In this document: positions 59,282 to 64,000 of the stretch, piece after piece | How the letters are laid out: every line of letters begins with the position of its first letter | How positions within the stretch are numbered: the stretch's first letter is position 1 | From: Octopus vulgaris | Taxonomy: Eukaryota | Direction: 5' to 3' | NCBI GenBank assembly: GCA_951406725.2 | Contig: OX597830.1 | Location: forward strand, 50,654,001 to 50,718,000 | DNA: 64,000 bases | Translations under genes and position numbers: made by a program | Notes under the pieces: model-generated | Databases searched by the model: none | What the model was told of the DNA's origin: nothing | Seen by the model: only the letters and a program-made list of their open reading frames with translations

Positions 59282-59307
59282 CCTTCTATAAAATAAATAT
59301 ATATATA

Positions 59308-59820
59308 TATATTATATGTAGAAAAAGACAAACTGGGACAAGAACGTAAAACATTTAGAAGACGATACAAAAACCACGGACGGGACATTCGAAGCCTTCA
59401 ATCTTCAGTCAAGAACCGGATCGTCCTAGCAATTTCGGCTGATTAATCTAGAGATCGCTCCGATCCGGCCAGCCCCAAGGAATAACTAAGCTACGAGCAT
59501 TAGATTTCTTGGAAAAAGGATCGAATGTATACGAAACAGGCACAGAAAAACGGACGATGCCACACGAATATAAAATACAAAAAACAATAATGGTAAAAAC
59601 AGGACAAAATAACCGGGTGTCTTACGACTAATAGACAGTACAACTTAGTTTAGCTGGCGTATTTGGAAAAAAAAAAAATATATATATATATATATATAAG
59701 GCTGATCTATGGGATTTCACAGGGTTTTACATCCATAAAGTGCTTAGATATACAGCGTATCATCAGACCCCACAATCTGTTGGCACATGGTTTCTGTAGT
59801 AAGTATGTATGTATGTATAC

Positions 59821-59902
<82 letters not shown>

Positions 59903-60146
59903 TTTTAGTTTCACCGTCGAGACAGTGTTATAGAGTCATACCAAATTTAAAGGAATATGTACTTACATAAGGCCAAAGAGGGTACGGACGTCGCTATATA
60001 TATTATATGTAGAAAAATACAAACTGGGATAAAAAAACGTAAAACATTTAGAAGACGATACAAAAAACACGGACGGGACATTCGAAGCCTTCAATCTTCA
60101 GTCAAGAACCGGATCATCCTAGCAATGTCGGCTGATTAATCTTGAT
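59308..60146. repeat. Direct repeat of ~145 bp (59308-59453 and 59999-60146), Penelope-like terminal family; related fragment near 10430-10520
   Basis: tatattatatgtagaaaaa..cacggacgggacattcgaagccttcaatcttcagtcaagaaccggatc..cggctgattaatct in both copies. Confidence 0.85.
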
Positions 60147-60336
60147 TGATATATATATATATATATATTTATTTATATACATACATACGTACATACACAC
60201 ATACATACGTACATACATGCATACATATATCTACTATACATTATTTTAAACCCGTGATTACGTATGTGCACTTTCATATATGTGTACGCGCGCGTGTGTG
60301 TGTGTATGTATGTGTGTGTGTGTGTGTGCATATACA

Positions 60337-60940
60337 TAATTGATAACATCAGGGTAATAAAGATTTTATTAATTTTTACTACCAGTGGCCTAGAGTATAG
60401 AAAAATTAGTCAATAGAATATATATTATTCATAGAAAATGCAGTGTACATTTAAACACATTAAGAGGTTTCCATCATAAGAATTCTTTACGCTAGATAGA
60501 ACAGCTAAAGTCCAAACCACTAACTAGGGATAAATTCTCGGTGGGAATGAAAACTAAAAACATTTACTATCTCTTTACTGGACCATGGTTTCTGACTTAT
60601 TCCAGTAAATAAAATAATTTCCTATGGCGAAGTCTTCATCAGCAGGGGCGCCAAGATTAACTATATAAACAACGAGGCCAATCCAGAAAGTGCCTCTTGA
60701 TTATACATTTTATTTTTTTTCAAATCCACCACGCAAGCGCAGCCTATTCTGTTCTTAGCAAAAAAAAGATGCCGGGAATTTCTTCAAACGAATCTACCAG
60801 AAATCATTATACATAATTAATGTGTTTAAATGTACACTGTATTTTATATGAATAATATATAGCATATTGACTAATTTTTCTATACGCTAGGCCACTGGTA
60901 GTAAAGATTAAAATCTTTATTACCCGGATATTATTAATTA
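60337..60940. repeat. Inverted repeat, ~125-bp diverged arms (60337-60463 / 60817-60940) enclosing a hammerhead
   Basis: gggtaataaagatttt..actaccagtggcctag..gtgtacatttaaacacattaa versus its reverse complement. Confidence 0.9.
60578..60645 (-). ncRNA. Type-I hammerhead ribozyme with large loop II
   Basis: Minus strand ctg-CTGATGA-a-gactt-[31 nt]-aagtc-a-GAAA-CCATGG-TC-cag; GUC site, palindromic stem III. Confidence 0.8.
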
Positions 60941-61070
60941 ATCGGCAAAAGAGGCTGATAGGATGCGTATTAGGCTTATAAATACCAATTTCTGAGGTCG
61001 AATTCTTCGACTAAGCGCATAGCTCCAGCCTGCCCGCAGTTAAATGACTGAAACAAGTAAAACAATGCAA

Positions 61071-61123
<53 letters not shown>

Positions 61124-62084
61124 TAAGTTGCATTGGAGAGAGTTTTCAGGAAAGATCTTTTTTTTAATGTCAAAGACGTAAAAAGCTTTAGATTCTTTCA
61201 GAGTAGGATTCTTTGGTTTCAATGCGCCTGTAGTACCCCTTACACTTTGTGAAAGCCTCAGCGAAGCCCTCCAAAGTAAAAGTGAAGATATCCCGAAACC
61301 TTCTCCGAATCTCACTCGTGTTCTTCAGTTTGGGGGACAGACTAACAGTGACTAAAGAATGTTTAGGCTCTTGGGGGAGTCAAGAATAATTCTGAAGCCA
61401 ATTTCTATTCAGCTGTTGGTTACCAGATTGGAATTCCGGACTTCTCTATCGTTTGAGTGCAAGTGCTCTTGCATTTCGCGAAGCAAGCACTTCCTGAACT
61501 CCTGCAATATTACGAGGAAGTACTCTTTGTTGACCGTGTGGCCGGAGGGGAAATTGTAGAGTTAGGCGATACATTTACTGCCTAAAGTGGCGATCATTAT
61601 GAGATTCGAGTTGCACTTACATTGCCTAGCCGTTGTGCTAGAGTATAACAGATGATCTTCTTATACTACATAATCGATAAAGTAGTCTGGGGGTGTTTTA
61701 TAAGTTCCTGTTCCGCTTTTGCCAAGTGTAACAGAAAATGTAGTTGCGAAGTCAGTTTCCTAATTGTCTTAATAACCTGAGACTCATTAGCATTCTGCGA
61801 ACTAGTCAGTTGTTTAGGATGCTATGTTCAAAGAGGTGTTAGAGCCGATTGTTTCAGTCTGCAAAAACGAAAGTTGGCAGCTCAGCTTATTAGACGGTTG
61901 TTTATGATAAATCCAAATACAATATTCTAGAATTGTAATTAAAGTTTCTCCCGCAAAATAGTTTGAAAACTAGTGTACTCATATGCATGCATGTATTTAT
62001 GTATGTATAACTAACTATCTATATAGATTTGATTTTGTGTATGTAATAGATACGTAGGTAAAAATATATGTACGTTTGTATACA

Positions 62085-62118
<34 letters not shown>

Positions 62119-62328
62119 CATATCTTTGTGTGTGTGTGTGTGTGCATGTGTGTGTGTACATGTGTGTGTGTATGTATGTGCATATATAAAAATAAATGTG
62201 TCAATATATGTGCAAATGTACTTATAAATATAACTACTTATGTATACACAAACATATACATATATATTTAATGTGAGTATATGTATATATACGTAAGTGT
62301 GTTTACGTATGCGTGTATGTGTGTGAGT

Positions 62329-62420
<92 letters not shown>

Positions 62421-62600
62421 ATCCTTTATCAATTTAATATTAGTTCATTGATAAACATGAATACCAACCATAATAAACTCACTTTCGATGTCTCAGACTT
62501 AAAATAAAAAAAAATAAATTAGACCGTTTTTCATTCACGTTATAAAAACAGCGATATTAATACACCGACTACATATTAATATTTCATAATTTGCTACATA

Positions 62601-62697
<97 letters not shown>

Positions 62698-62751
62698 GTA
62701 TATATATATACATGCATATATATATATATATATTAATATTTGTTAGAAGTA

Positions 62752-62839
<88 letters not shown>

Positions 62840-63014
62840 TACATACATACAGACATACATATATAAATGTATGCATCTATGTATGTATATAATTTAGTAT
62901 ATTAAATGAAAATGGTTCGTGATAGGAGGCCATCTGTCACAAATCATTTTAATTTAATGTAATAAATAATATTATTCCCGACATCCAACCAAGTCTGGAG
63001 GCTATCATTTGTGA

Positions 63015-63051
<37 letters not shown>

Positions 63052-63058
63052 TTATGCC

Positions 63059-63130
<72 letters not shown>

Positions 63131-63719
63131 TATATATATACATATATATATGTATGAAAATATTTATATATACAAATAAATAAATATGTATATATATATA
63201 TATATATATGGGCTTAGGCCAACGCCTGTCATTTGGTAGAATTCTAAAAGGTGTGCTTGTGAAAGTGCGTGGTGAAGCTTATTTTTTACGTTTATTCGTA
63301 ACGCGAGTTTCCCTCCGTGGTTACTGGTAGTCTGCTGTGCGTATTCCGTTGGGGGAAATCAACAATACATAATGAGTAAAAATATTTATATCACACTTTA
63401 TAGCAAAATATGAGTTACAGAGGATTTGACAACCTAAATCCACCATGGAATCAAGCTAGCTCTTAGATTATTTCTCTCACAGATCACACTTTCTTCTGAA
63501 GTAAAAATGGCATATACCGATATTTCAGATATTCATCTTATATATTTTAAACGAAAATTTATTACTTATTCCATCAGTTGTCTTTTTGCATTTTTCTCAG
63601 AAATGCTTAATTATGTGGTCGTAAACAAACAAACAGCGACTTTCAAGTTGTGGCAATATGACAAACACAGATGTATAGTTACACGTGCCTAAACGTATAC
63701 ATGTATACATACTTATATA

Positions 63720-63778
<59 letters not shown>

Positions 63779-63787
63779 GTGTGTGCA

Positions 63788-63932
63788 GGCGCAGGCATGG
63801 CTGCGTAGTAAGAAGATTGCTCCTCAACTACATTGTTCCAGGTTTAACCCCCACATCAGGGTACCTTGGGTAAGTGTCTTTTATCATAGCCTCGAATGAG
63901 ACGATTTGGTAGACGGAAATTGAAAAATGCCC
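63788..63932 (+). mobile_element. SINE head fragment (second family)
   Basis: ggcgcaggcatggctgcgtagtaagaag..ccttgggtaagtgtc..tttggtagacggaaattgaaa. Confidence 0.75.
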
Positions 63933-64000
63933 TTCAAAGGCAATGTCATCTCGGAATACCTGTGTAAGTATGTCTTACGGACAGGAGATGCTCTGCATCT

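Larger units (their letters stand above)
58588..59298. repeat. ~300-bp inverted repeat (58588-58896 / 59004-59298) around a (TA)n centre; Penelope-like inverted pLTR pair
   Basis: Arms are near-identical reverse complements; each carries a hammerhead. Confidence 0.95.

Noticed and set aside
59700-59775. Minus-strand CTGATGA...GAAA-tccca-TA in a (TA)n-flanked insert
   Set aside because: Stem I only forms by consuming C3 and stem II is poor; at best a decayed motif.

Overview
AT-rich, microsatellite-saturated eukaryotic (intronic or intergenic) DNA. The repeat repertoire is what I recognise from octopus genomes, but this is an inference and not a database result. I can support no intact host protein-coding gene: almost all ORFs in the track are translations of (TA)n, (CA)n, (TATG)n, (TCTA)n or (ATT)n. 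The window is a transposon graveyard containing a full-length but frameshifted mariner (48203-49487, TIRs plus TA duplication), a decayed hAT/SPIN (GTF2IRD2-like) transposase, a DD37D/maT-like fragment, a ~2.7 kb RTE-clade LINE relic, CR1-like relics, two L1/Tx1-clade 3' ends and many tRNA-derived SINEs. Three things stand out. (1) A set of hidden type-I hammerhead ribozyme motifs, several with intact catalytic cores, sits in short, mostly (TA)n-flanked Penelope/retrozyme-like inserts; these often form long inverted repeats, and some carry built-in antisense segments that would block the ribozyme. (2) Two Tx1-like LINE ends are both inserted in (TCTA)n microsatellites. (3) The dominant SINE family has swappable tails; one tail is shared with that Tx1-like LINE and goes with GGT-initial target-site duplications and self-insertion.
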